This document shows, in pieces, positions 1 to 12,554 of a stretch of 64,000 nucleotides of DNA. Both the position numbers and the translations under genes were made by a program. The notes under the pieces were generated by a model. It was not told the origin of the DNA, searched no databases, and worked only from the letters and a program-made list of their open reading frames with translations. This stretch comes from Pavona decussata. Taxonomy: Eukaryota. Every line of letters starts with the position of its first letter. Position 1 is the first letter of the stretch. The DNA lies in assembly GCA_977016875.1 (NCBI GenBank), contig CDRNST010000218.1:1178001-1242000 (forward strand). The letters run 5' to 3'.

Positions 1-1701
1 CCAAATTCCACGGCCTAACATCAAGCGAAGCATCTAGGTCTGAGAGTGTGCGCGAAGGAGCATCCACTGGATTACTTCTGGAGGTAACATATTGCAAAGA
101 AATAGAAAGATTTCTACAAAGTGAAAACTGGAAAATTGATTTCATAATGTTAGAAACCTCCGGGGACTTTGAGACTTGATTCTCCCAACTAGACACTAGG
201 GGTTTATTGTCTACAAAGACATCCACTCTGGTATTCTCTGAACGATGAAAAAGATTCTCCAATGTGAGACGCAGGCCCTGAACTTCTTTGACAATAATGG
301 GACGTCCTCGATCAGTTTCATCCCAATAACCACGAATCACGACTTCGGGACGACCAGGACTAAAAAGGCAACCGCCCCATCCAAAAATAGAAGCGTCAGA
401 AAACAGTTGAACTTGTAAGTGAGATTCGTTCCGCCAAGGCAAGAAACCCTGCCAGTTATCAAGAAAACGCCAGTGGGCAATTTCAGTTCGAAGACAAGGT
501 GACAGTTCAACTTGACAGGTAGAAGTCTTAATAGCTCGAGAAATGGCATGATACACACAATTGGTGTATAACTTAGCTGCAGGGACAAGGAGGGCAAAAG
601 ATGTAGTCTTCCCGGCAAACTTCTGCAGCGTCTTGAGAGAAACGAATTTCTTGCTAAGAATGGCTTCCCTTAATTCCGTGAACTTTTCTTTTTTATCTTG
701 AGGGAGGAGGAAAGCTTGCTTTCTGAATCGCAAATATAACCTAGGAAGCGCCGTGCCGTTGAGGGGATCAAGAAGCTCTTCTTGAGGCCATTGAAGTATC
801 CAAGTGATATAGCAACGAAGCAGGCGATGAAAGCCGCCATCTGAGCCAATTGATAGTTTGATAAAACACACAGACTGCTAGCCGATGGTCGTAAACGCAG
901 CTGACCGACATGCCGGTCATCAATATACTGAGAACAAGGAACTCCAAGCGATCTAATGAAATGGGTGGCAGCCAGGCCAACTGTATTGTACACAAAAGTG
1001 CTAGCTTTCTATCCAAACGGGAGAGAGGCGTACGTAAAAAACCAACCTTGCCACTCAAAACCAAAGAAGGTATAACTTCGAGGATTGAGGCGGATATGAT
1101 CATAACCGCTTTTGTCGTCAAACGTTGTCTGATAGTGGCCAGGGTAGACATAGCGGCAGAGGTCCGTGAGATAATCAAGCTGAAAAGGACAATCTTTGAT
1201 CCAACAATTAATAAAGCGCTCATCGTGGCACATGCGAGGTTTACTTGGCTCAACAGTTATTGGCATAACCAAATGAGGTGGTTCAACTTCACCGACACAG
1301 CCAACGACATTGATTGAACCATTACAGATCCTTTCCTTAATGGTTGCAGAAATAAACTCTTTCAATGGATGGCAGGACACCGAATTTGGGAAATACATGC
1401 GAGGAGGCAAATCGCTGCGATAAGTTTTTCCTTGAAAACTACCGTTGAAAGGGGGAAAGAAATCGAAGACATCCACACCGTCCCTAATAATAGCCAGTAC
1501 AAAGTCTCTTTGCTTGTAACCCACAGAGGTTTGGTCCCATTGTTCCAAACATGAGGAAAGGTTTCCCGCCACAAACGAATTTGGATCACGAAAACGAAGC
1601 ATCTCCGGAGAAGCGAAAACTCGGCCCTCAGGAACCATCTCTAATGACGGGAGTGTCCCAGCCCAGCTAGTGGGGTTATTTTCCCTGTCGCACCATAACA
1701 C
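1..1701 (-). pseudogene. pol (reverse transcriptase + RNase H) of the DIRS/Ngaro-like element
   Basis: ORFs 1009-1701 and 670-993 join through LPFG*(W->stop)KAS...YIDD. After a frameshift near 720 the frame continues KQAFLLPQDKKEKF...LQKFAGK...FSDASIFGWGG...VFVDNKPLV to the window edge. Confidence 0.85.
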
Positions 1702-2004
1702 AGGATTAGAACGTTGTTGAAGGTGAAACTGGCAGAAACTGGAAAACTCCTATAAAACGAAGGGAAAACGAAAAACCAGACTTACAGAGGAATAAATAAA
1801 ACTGATAAAACGAAAGAGGAAATACCCCACTAACCGAGCCGGACCAGGAACCCGTCGTAAACGGATTATAGGGCGTAATTGAGATTACCCTTCTGGACAC
1901 AGCTAGGAAAGTGGAGAGGAAAAAAGAGAAGAGGGAGAAAACAAACACGCCAAAAGTAACACAAAGGAAATAAATTTATTAAGCCAGAAAACAAAACCAA
2001 AAGA

Positions 2005-5000
2005 TTACATCTTTTTTCCTCCACGAAATTTGCGGCTATTCTGAGGCCTCCAACATGACCTAGCAATATGGCCCCGGCGGCCACAATTAAAGCACACTAC
2101 CAGGCTTGGCTGACGAGTGGCACTGGAACCTGGGGGAGCTGAGGGGACTCTAAGCCTTGTAACTGGAGACTGCTTAACAGCCTTGTGGATCTCTTTCGCG
2201 ATCGCAACCTCTTCTTCAGAGCCAACCATTTTAAGCAGAACAGGCTGAAAAGTTGGAGAACCCATCAATGGTCTTGTCTGGCGCAGGATAATGGAGAAAC
2301 GATTTGCCCGATCATGACCCTTTCTCTAGCAGTGTCGCATAGCTCTTCCGAAGCTGCCCATGTGGCGAATGCATCAAAGATGGAAGGAGGACGAGAGAGA
2401 AGCTGACGCACATGTTTGAGGGTTGTTTCGACAGACTTCTCATTACTTAATTCTTTTAAATTCACCTCAGATTTTAAGTTCTCCAACTAAAAATAGGAAC
2501 GTAAAAAGAGAAAATAAACAACCCATGCACTAACTTGGCAAGGTGAACTATAAAAGAAAAAGCATGCGAAAAACCAAAAACAACGAACCATCATGCACAC
2601 CCAACATTAAACAAAAGGCCGACACACGGCAACACCAGAAGTGTTTGACACGCGAGCGAACGTTTAACACACGCCCAAACCAAAACTATGCCTGATACAC
2701 GAAGAAAGGATAACTAAAACACGAAGCAAGACGACGAATTTTACATGAGACCCAAATGAACAATAAACAAAACTTGACACACCGCACAATAAGCGAACGT
2801 ATAGCCAGAATACGGAAACGATATACAATAAGAGCCAGACGCACCAAAGGACATAAAGCCATTTACCAACACACAGCATAACATTAAGGCTAGATAATGA
2901 GACGTGTTAAAGTGGACACAGAAAACATAATATGAGATAAGCCCATGAGCTGACATTTTGATAAAACCAAACACACGGGAAAACGCTAAGCTGAAAAGCG
3001 TACCAAAAACGTAAAAGGCGTACCAAAACAAACAGCAAACAAATCGTGATAAACAGAAAAGCGAAAGTCCGGTGCTTAAGCAGCCGACAAACTAAGGTTA
3101 ACACACCGTACATAAATTGAGCTTGACATACCGGCGATTGACTCATCTAAAGTCGATTAACGGCTTACGATAAGAGCTAGACACGAGCGTTTAGTTCGAA
3201 AAGACACACAGCACACGCTAACTGTGATTGACACACAAAAATAGAAATGACACATGGTACACTCAAACTTACTCGACACACGAGCAGACATAAAAAACTA
3301 AAACCGACACACGGTGCACCAAAACGTTGTAAACACACGAGCAAACGAGCCAGCACCCCCATAGGCACACTTAACAAAGCCCGACACACGAGTGAACATG
3401 AAACTAGAACCGACCCACGGCACACCTAAATAGCGCCCGACACGCGAGCAAATGAAAGGCTTGAACCGACCCACCGGAACATCTTGTACTCGACACACGA
3501 GCAAACGTAAAACTAAAACCTACGCACGGCACACCAAAAATGTTCTAGACACACGAACAAATGATAAATTAAACTAGAAAGCGACACACAGCACATCCAA
3601 ATTGCACTCGACATACGAAACAATAGCTTGAAATTAATTGACACACGGTACATCCAAATTGCACTCGACACACGAGCAAACTACAAACTTGAAACCGACA
3701 CACGGCACATCCAAACTGAACTCGACACACAAACAAACGATAAACTTGAAACCAACACACGGCACACCCAAACTGAACTCGACACACGAGCAAACTACAA
3801 ACTTGAAACCGACACACGGCACATCCAAACTTAACTCGACACACGAGCAAACGATAAACTTAGAACCGACACACGACACATCCAAACTGAACTCGACACA
3901 CGACCAAACTACAAACTTGAAACCGGCATACGGCACATCCAAACTGAACTCCACACACGAGGAAAAAACGATTAGCTTGAAACCGACACACAACACATCC
4001 AAACTTAACTTGACACACGAGCAAACGATAAACTTGAAACCGACACACGGCACACCCAAGTTGTACTCGACACACGAGCAAACGTTTAGCTTGAAAGCGA
4101 CACACGGCACATCCAAATTGTACACGACACACAAGCAAACATTTAGCTTGAAACCGACACATGGCACGCACATCCAAATTGTACTCGACACACGAGCAAA
4201 CGATAAACTTGAAACCGACACACAGCAGATCCAAATTGTACTCGACACACGAGCAAACGAAAAACTTAAAACCGACACACGGCACGCCCAAATTGTACTC
4301 GACACACGAGCAAACGAAAAACTTAAAACCGACACACGGCACGTCCAAATTGTACACGACACACAAGCAAACGTTAAGCTTGCAACCGACACACGGCGCG
4401 CATGTTCAAATTGTACTCGACACACGAGCAAACGATAAACTTGAAACCGACACACGGCAGATCCAAATTGTACTCAACACACGAGCAAACGAAAAACTTA
4501 AAACCGACACACGGCACGTCCAAATTGTACACGACACACAAGCAAACATTTAGCTTGAAACCGACACATGGCGCGCACGTCCAAATTGTACTCGACACAC
4601 GAGCAAACGAAAAACTTAAAACCGACACACGGCACGTCCAAATTGTACACGACACACAAGCAAACGTTTAGCTTGCAACCGACACACGGCGTGCAGGTCC
4701 AAATTGTACTCGACACAAGAGCAAACGATAAACTTGAAACCGACACACGGCAGATCCAAATTGTACTCGACACACGAACAAATGTTTAGCTTGAAACCGA
4801 CACACGGCACATCCAAATTGTACTCGACACACGAGTAAACGAAAAACTTGAAACCGACACACTGCACGTCCAAATTGTACACGACACACAAGCAAACGTT
4901 TAGCTTGCAACCGACACACGGCGCACACGTCCAAATTGTACTCGACACAAGAGCAAACGATAAACTTGAAACCGACACACGGCAGATCCAAATTGTACTT

Positions 5001-5719
5001 GAGACACGAACAAATGTTTAGCTTGAAACCGACACACGGCACATCCAAATTGTACTCGACACACGAGCAAACGAAAAACTTGAGACCGACACATGGCACA
5101 TCCAAATTGCACTCGACACACAAGCAAACTTTTAGCTTGAAACCAACACACGGCACAACCAAATTGTACTCGACACACAAGGAAACGTTTAGCTTGAAAC
5201 CGACACACGGCACACCCAAATAGCGCTCGACACACAAGCAAACGTATAGCTTGAAACTGACACACGGCACACCCAAATAGCGCTAGACACACCTATGTAC
5301 AATGGCTCACACACAAAAAAGCAAAAAAAAAAAAAAAAGAGGTGCTAACGAGAAGGCAATTATAACCAAAATAGCGCAACACTTGAAGGAACACAAAGAA
5401 AACCCTGGGGGATAAAAGAGAAAAAACGAAGCGACGACAAAACCATGCAAAAATAAAACTAGGGCGAAAAGCAAATACACTGAAAACTAAAAAATACCTC
5501 GTTCAACTGATCTGGTTGTCCAGCCACCGCTCCCGCTGGATGCGCATTAGGAGCCGGTGGAGCAGGTAAAGCTTGGTCCGCGACAGCAGGAACTGGAGAA
5601 GCCGGTGGAACCGGAGTGGCTAGTGGGGCCGGAGCGACCGGTGGAATCGGGGCGGGCGGCGGAACGATATTTGCCAAAGCCTGCAAATCAGCGCCCGCCG
5701 GATCTAAAGGCACAGCCAT
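2005..5719 (-). pseudogene. Spliced gag-like gene (exon 1 5719-5498; exon 2 2486-2005 with one frameshift), C-terminal CCHC zinc knuckle
   Basis: A phase-0 donor GAG|GTATTT at 5497 and a phase-0 acceptor with a long pyrimidine tract (...ttcctatttttag|TTG) at 2487 join QPDQLNE to LENLKSEV. A 1-nt loss near 2320 separates ORFs 2265-2486 and 2005-2268. Confidence 0.7.
3180..5292. repeat. ~57-bp tandem minisatellite (two ~27-30 bp subunits, each with CGACACACG) inside the gag intron
   Basis: Repeated unit gacacacgagcaaacgataaacttgaaaccgacacacggcacatccaaattgtactc, with occasional 61-bp variants. It degrades toward about 2600. Confidence 0.9.
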
Positions 5720-5997
5720 ACTGGAGTAGTAGACAAGACAAAGTGAAACGGACGAAGAACCAACTGAACTATAAACACGAGGTTTAAAGCTTTGGCGACG
5801 TGAAGTGGACGGACTAAGAAAATTCCCACCAACTAACCGGCTTGCGTAGATCTTTTGTAATGCCCCAAATCCAGGGATTCAGATCTTTAAATAAGGAGAC
5901 ATTGCACATGATAATTTGACACCTTATTATGCAACCAATATTTGACAAAAGGGGTTACATAACCCACGCATTGTGGAATTTTGCGGCAAAACATGAA

Positions 5998-7785
5998 TGA
6001 AAATAGCTCCTCTACCTTTTTGCTCATATAATTCACGTAACACTTTCTTTAGACTTTCATACTCAGCTAATATATGCTGATTCAAGTTGACATCTTTACA
6101 AATCTTCGCATCTAGTTCTTCTAATTTACTCTGAGTAGCGCTTTCACGTGTTTTTGAAAGCGTATTCTTTCTTTTAGAATAGCGAATCGTTTCTGACCTT
6201 ATTTCCATTTTGATTAATTCCCAGAGCAGTTGTTAATTATCAACCTCAGCATATTTCTGCAGAATACATAGTCTTTAATTATTTTTAAATATAACTTGTC
6301 TTGGAGAAGCATATTATTAAATTTCGAAGTACCCGGGCCGCGTTTAAATTCGTCATTGAGATTCATGCTTAAAAATATTGTCCTATGGCCAGGTGCGATC
6401 GAAGCCCATACTTCTACTTTTATGATATCAGGTTGAAATTTACCACTTTCTAGGAAAAAATCTAATCAAGATTTAAGCTTTAGGGTTTTTGACTCATATG
6501 CGTAAGATCTATTTTTTGGATGTAATATGTGATAGATATCTATAAGATTGGCTACTTTCATAAACTACACCAGAGAATTCCTATACCTTAATTCTTTCCA
6601 AAGCAAGCCGCCCTGTTTGTCCACAGCGTTTAACGTCATATTCCAATCGCCAGCGATGATCAGATTAGATGTTTCAATTAAAGATATAACGTTCTTACTA
6701 AGAAGATCGAGAAAGTCAATTTGCTCACGTTTATCTGTGGGGGCATAAACATTTATGACATATAAAGTGTTCTCGCCTGTTTTTAAGTGTAATACTATGA
6801 ATCTTCCATTTGAGTCAAGTTCCACTGCCTCTCCAGACAATAGGCAATTTGGCTTAATTAGAACACACCCCCTTTGGAATGTTCAGAACCATGGGAAAAA
6901 AAGATCTGACCACCCCATTCCGCCAACCAGATCTTCTCGTCTTTGTGATTTGAAAAAGTTTCTTGCAAGAGATACACACTAGCCTTTTTGTTCTTTAGAT
7001 GTGAATATTGATCGCCTTTTCTCCCTATTTCTTAGACCTCTGACATTGAGCGACAAAAACTTCAAAACAGCCATTTATACAAATCATATAATCACTGACA
7101 ACTTGAGACAAAAGCTCAACAAAACAAAACAGAATGTTTTCCTATTAAAACAAAAGTACAATAGCCCACAGTTACTTACCTCTTCTGGAAAAATGAAACA
7201 ATGAACCGTAACAACCCAAGCGCAAATAAGCGAGGTTAGCTTTTTTGAAATATTTCATTACATCGTATGCAAATTTAAAATTGTTGACCTTTTTATCAAT
7301 AATCTGGAATTAGAGTTCGTTTAAATCTTCAAAACAGTTGATTCTTCATACTTTGGCGTTGATATCCGTCTTTAAGGAGATTTTTCCGTGGATAGTCCAT
7401 GCTCTGCCATTCAGATACTTTTTCTTTACTTTCCTTGATTCTCTGAAAAGGTGTGCTCTCCAGGATGTTAAATTTTCGTTAATAGAGATCCTCTCCACAT
7501 TTAGTTCTCTTAAGTTGAGCTTCTTTAGATTTAGCCTTGCGTTAAATAGTTCACTTTTAAACCTGTAGCTGCTGAAACATACTATAATTGGTTGAGGTGC
7601 ACCATTGGTTTTCCTCCTTAATCTGTGTACGATATCGACAGCATTGCACGAAATGTTAACACCCGATAGGTGTCCTAGTCTTACGATATTTTCGATATTA
7701 TCTTCCTCTTCTCGTTCAGGGATTCCATGAATCTCGAGATTAAATTTACGAGTGTATTGTTCAAGATCATCATGTTTAACCTCTA
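5998..7785 (-). mobile_element. L1/Tx1-clade LINE fragment (ORF1 C-terminal half + ORF2 APE endonuclease), degenerate
   Basis: ORF1: LEQYTRKFNLEIHGIPE...IVHRL...INENLT. ORF2: KFLSLNVRGLRN, INVYAPT, AGDWN, LWELIKMEIRSETIRYSK...GAIF. Many stops and frameshifts. Confidence 0.85.
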
Positions 7786-8045
7786 GTTTACCATACGGAA
7801 TGTTTGCATGGATAGGTCATTAGCCGTGTATTTTTGTTCACGACAATGACAATTTGCAGCTAAAATGCTAAAAGAAAACCTGAAAATACTTTCATTCTTT
7901 GCAAAGAAACTACCCAAAGGACTGATTCCAACATGGACGAAGAAGACTATCATTTCCAAAGCAAATTTTACTATCTTGAAGATCTAGAAACCTCTGAAGC
8001 AGGCATCAGCAAAAGCCAGGAAGTCATTGACGATTTCATAAACAA

Positions 8046-9238
8046 CATTACAACTTCACGCCAATTTAAGTGTGTCATTCAGAAATGGGAAAAAACGCTG
8101 GATTTTGTAGCTTGAAGGCTCGTTTTTAGTCCTTTAGGTATTCACTTTGAGAGCCACCGAAAACGTGTTGAATAAATTCGGTTTCATTCGTTTGGAAAAA
8201 AGTGAGATCTTTTGGATAAGGACCTAAAGCGACTTCAAAGGAATGGAACAATAGCGCAATTATGCGACCACGAGCGGCAGAGTTTATTATTGTATCCTTT
8301 TGTTCTTGATGTGTGAATAAACTGCATAGAATGACTTCGGACTTTACATGCATTTAGTTTTTTTTGCAAAACATTTCCAAGTTCGATATGTATTTATGAA
8401 AATAGAGCATTTTGAGAGCTTCAAAAAGAGAGCTTGCATGAGGCTTTTTGGTCAATGTAGGCCGAAGTTCGATGTTTGTTTGTTCATCGGCCGTTCGAAC
8501 TGGAAAGTTAACTTATGCAAAGCCGTCTTCTTCCGACGCATGTGTGAATTCCCGAAGGTATTATTGCAGAGAGTCCTGAATAAAATTTAAGTTCATCCCG
8601 AAAAGTTGCTTTTTTATTTGTATTTTTTTAACGAAAAGGTCGATTTGACGGCTGTAAAATGTGGTCTGAATGAGTTTCTGTGGTCGAGATTTCTCAAGAT
8701 TTCTGACAGTTCCGCAGCGGACTCCTCCTTCTCGGTTAGATTTTGAATTATTGAAGTTATTCCCTACAGAGTAAAAAAGTTGTTTGATGAATTTCACTTT
8801 CTTCTTTAAATAAATCAAATAAGGCCTAGATTTTTTATATTACTGCAAACGCTGAGCATTTCTGAGTTCTTGATATTAACAGCCGTGTTTACGTTTGATA
8901 TTCGAGATCGTTCCGATAAGTGCGTGCTTGATCATAAGCATAAAATAAACTTTAAAAGTTTAGAGATTATCAAAGAAAAGTTGCAGTCCGACAGCTTTAA
9001 AGAGTTTTTTTGTGAATCGAACTGAGCTATTGTTCGTTCTCAGATGATAAACAAAAGGAAATTGTCACACATTTCCTCAAAGGGCCTTCCGATTTCTATA
9101 GTTGTCTTACATTCCCGAGTGACATCCGACATGAACACCGATGAATCGGCAATGAGTCTAAACAATAGCATGAATATATGAATACTAAACGACCCACAAA
9201 ACGTGGGTACACACTTAAATCGACGTGAAGTTGTCATG
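8046..9238. mobile_element. Non-autonomous TIR DNA transposon inserted in the Crypton ORF
   Basis: Imperfect ~30-bp TIRs: CATTACAACTTCACGCCAATTTAAGTGTGT versus reverse complement CATGACAACTTCACGTCGATTTAAGTGTGT. The TSD is ambiguous (AA, or AACAA/AACAG). Confidence 0.7.
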
Positions 9239-10079
9239 AACAGAAAAGTGGAAACACAAAAGGAAGACGTCTACTGATATGAACACTTTACTCCGTTTTA
9301 TTGAAGCTAATGACTTGATTAGTCAAACAATTGAAAGCCTACCTGCGTCCGAGCTTGATCACCTTTTTGTATGAACGTACGCAGGAAAAATGGTCAATAC
9401 GAGCCAGCAACATTTTTCAGTTTTCAGCGCAATATATAGCGATGCGTATCTGAGAAGAAATATCCATTCAACATACTCAAGGATAATGAGTTTGAAAAAT
9501 CGAGAAGAGTTCTAGCTGTCAAGCACAAGTCACAAGTTCACAAGCACAACAGAAGAAACAAGCTGCAAGCCGCTCAGGCGATTGACGAAAACAAAGAAGA
9601 TGCTCTTTTTGCGACTCCAATCCAGTTTCAATTTAAAGAACTGTGTGGCGGTGACTGTGGCGTTTTTTATCCCTACACTTGGGTTTCTGAGCCAGAGATA
9701 AGAGCGATAAGGACGATTGACTTAATACTGCTTCTTTTAAAGTTGAATATGATTTTCACAGAAACCTTTTCTTGATCTGTACTTTGTGATGTGCTAGTAA
9801 ATTTTCTGTGATCAACGAAACCCTTTTGTGTTTCAAGAACAAACCGCAGCCGTAAGATTTTCGTCAAATTCTGCTACAAATCGTTCTTGAATTTTTTTCT
9901 ATAATCAACATAATTACATGTAAACGTTCAGTAAATTTGTTTTCAAACTCGTGGTACCATAGCTTGTTCTTTCTGGGTTGCTCGCTTCATCAAACAACCC
10001 CTTACAACGGAAACCTTTTGAATTCAAGTGACCGAAAGTGTATCTTTATAAATAAACAAGTTTGCTCTGAGTGGCATAT

Positions 10080-10238
10080 AATAAACTACTAACTAACCTA
10101 GCTTGCTCGAGCCGTACTCGGGAATATTGGCCCTCAGCCGTTATTGTACGGATGTCGCTGTGCTCGGTCCGTAATGCCACGACCTCTGGCCAATATTCCC
10201 TAGTACAGCCCTCGCGCTCAGTTAGTAAGAGGTTAATA
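10080..10238. repeat. Long imperfect hairpin at the Crypton-like 3' end
   Basis: actaac...cgagccgtac.gggaatattggcc...gtacgga // tccgta...ggccaatattccc.gtacagccctcgcg...gttagta. Confidence 0.7.
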
Positions 10239-10244
10239 ATGTTT

Positions 10245-11140
10245 CTGGTCAGCCAGTGAATACCTACTTTTAACAGTTCTTAAAGGACTTCTGAAGGAGT
10301 ACAGCAGCATCATACAAGGTTTTCTACTCCTTGTACAATCTTCATTAACAGTTTCAGATAACTGAATCGCAACATTCTTTGATGCTTACACGCTCTGTTT
10401 AAGCTTATGGTACTCAACACCTTCTACCTTGGCCTGGACCTTGGACTGCATGTCTTCCCTTTCACGTTGTTTTCCTGCAAGATAGTGTCAAATGCAGCCT
10501 GTAGTTGCGACATATTCATTACCTTGCCACTCTTCAGTGCCATCTCCGTCATGGTTACAAACTCTATCTTAGCTGCTACATCACTTGCTTGCTGGATGTT
10601 TGATGTAGCACAAGGTTTATGAAGCACATTTGTGACATGTTTTGTCCAGGAGCTTTTATGATATTTGATGTCAATTGCATGAGCATCCAACTACAGTCAC
10701 GGCAGCATCCAGAGAACTTCCTTCAGACAATGTACTGACAGTGTGTAGTGGTTGGCGATATCCTCCCTCACCATCAGAGAAAAAACACACACCTCGATTG
10801 TATGGCGATGTCTTTGAACATGTTAGTGGCTGTTTAGCTTCCAGTGACAGATCACAAGATTTCTGTCTTGCCTCGTCTGGATCAGACAGTTTTTCTTTCA
10901 TACCTTTCTTTAGCTCTTTTTATTATGCCTGAATGTGCTGTTTCTTGCTAAGACTTCCTGTGCCATGATACTCGTTCTTCTAGTTCTTCAAATGAAAAGC
11001 CTTTGAAAAAGGACCACAACTTCATGTCTCCATGATGAGATTTTTCCTGAATTGCATCGAATAGTTTCTGGTCTGAAACAGGTTTTTCCAGAAGTTCCTC
11101 ATCTGTTTGTATCTGGCATATGATGTACAATTTAAAGTAA
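10245..11140 (-). pseudogene. N-terminal fragment of a large DNA-transposon protein (Academ-like, tentative)
   Basis: Colinear frameshifted ORFs 10948-11130, 10671-10901 and 10424-10690, with ICQ...SWHRK, VCFF and DAHAIDIKYH motifs. No catalytic domain is in view. Confidence 0.4.
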
Positions 11141-11505
11141 TGCTTGTATTGCGAGGAAACTTCATAGCCACCCTCGCTACATTCTTTGTAAGTCTAGATG
11201 GCAGACCTCTATTCTTATAACTACTGCTGACCGCAAAAAACGAAGGCACAGCCCAGGCCCTCCCTAAAATGTGCACCACAGGAAATCCAAAATTCTGTTT
11301 TCTCTTAATGTTCAAAATATGGTCAGCCACATTTTGTGGTTATAGCATGTTATTTAGTGTATCACTCTGCAAACTTTTTTCCTAGTTTTCGTGTTTGTGT
11401 GATTTTGAGAGCATCAAGGGTATTTTATATTTTTTGGGAGGGGTGGCAATTTCTAAAGTAAGCCCTTTTCAAATATTCCAATTAATTTTAAATTTGTGAC
11501 TTTTG

Positions 11506-11667
11506 NNNNNNNNNNNNNNNNNNNNNNNNNNNNNNNNNNNNNNNNNNNNNNNNNNNNNNNNNNNNNNNNNNNNNNNNNNNNNNNNNNNNNNNNNNNNNNN
11601 NNNNNNNNNNNNNNNNNNNNNNNNNNNNNNNNNNNNNNNNNNNNNNNNNNNNNNNNNNNNNNNNNNN
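11506..11667. other. Assembly gap (162 N)
   Basis: Run of N. Confidence 1.
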
Positions 11668-12554
11668 TTTTCATGATAGGCTATTCATCTTTAGGCCCTA
11701 CCCTTATAAACACTTTTGAATGCATGGCTGTCATCAGGCAACAATACTTCATACCTTATCCTTTTGCAATGTTCCATGCTCTCCACTGCAGCTTTTATGC
11801 CAGCCTCGTTTTTTTGCAAGCATGGTCACGTCATAACCCTTACCATATAAACATGTTTGGTTACACGGATGAAATCCACCTGCAATACTTTCATCAATCT
11901 CTGTCTTTGGCAGGAGACGTTAAAGGGCTTTTCAGTGCAGTTTTTGCGTGAGCCTCGTTTTAGTGCTAGCTTAGTTACGTGACCCCAGTAACCTCTTAAA
12001 ATCGCATTTTCATATTGAAACATTGATTTGCATAATTGTGGTTATTTTAGTTTAATTTTACGCAAATAATAGATAGCTATGGAAAATATTTTGTTTGAGC
12101 TTCGTTTCCATGATGGAATATACAGGTCACATTTTCGACTCCCCATTAAACCCATCTGAGCGAGTTCCAAAGTTGCCACTAAAACGTTTCATGTAATTTA
12201 GGGTCCCTTAACACATTAAGAATAGTGGTTCGCTTTCTTTACGAAATTTCCACGGAGTATACTGTCAGCCTTACAGATATCCTGCAATACACTTTCAACT
12301 TTTTTCTTTAAAATCTCTGTGTCATTACTGATAGCTGAACTTCCCTGGGGAGCATCTGAAGGCGAATCACTTTGTTGAGGTTGTTGCCTTCTGCTGACCG
12401 GAGATTTGAATTGAGACTTACTAGGCCAGCGTCTGTACTGCAGATGGCACAGGTTTTTATCACTTTTATAAGCTTGATATATATGCTCACGTTTCCACAA
12501 AAGGCCACACATCTACTTGTGGTTTCTACCATGATCTTGTTGATGAGAAAATGC

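Larger units (their letters stand above)
1..5997 (-). mobile_element. DIRS/Ngaro-class (tyrosine-recombinase-type) retrotransposon, 5' part; continues off the left edge; degenerate
   Basis: Gag with a CCHC knuckle (CFNCGRRGHIARSC), followed by RT (FDDKSGYDH...LPFG...YIDD) and RNase H (FSDAS.FGWGG...VDN) of DIRS/Ngaro style. The neighbouring LINE ORF2 is cut at about 5998 (KGRGAIF|), which gives the right boundary. The recombinase gene is not in the window. Confidence 0.75.
7790..10240 (+). mobile_element. Crypton-like (DUF3504/KCTD1-type tyrosine recombinase) element relic, internally deleted
   Basis: MDEEDY...IDDFIN (7933) resumes at 9241 as QKSGNTKRKTSTDMN...LPASELDHL...VRRKNGQYEP...KDNEFEKSR...RTVW...LHLGF. 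It ends in a palindromic terminal module. Boundaries are approximate. Confidence 0.6.

Noticed and set aside
3177-5292. Many overlapping ORFs in the repeat (STHEQTINLKPTHGTSKLY, Cys/Val-rich)
   Set aside because: They result from a 57-bp (multiple of 3) tandem repeat, are open on both strands, break at the 61-bp variants and lie within a predicted intron.
3180-5292. CRISPR-like array
   Set aside because: The intervening sequences are themselves repeats, not unique spacers; there are no cas genes and the context is eukaryotic.
11453-11951. ORFs spanning the N gap
   Set aside because: Artefacts of translating Ns.
12216-12512. Divergent second EnSpm gene upstream of the transposase
   Set aside because: No recognisable motif, start or consistent splice chain, and the EnSpm termini could not be found.
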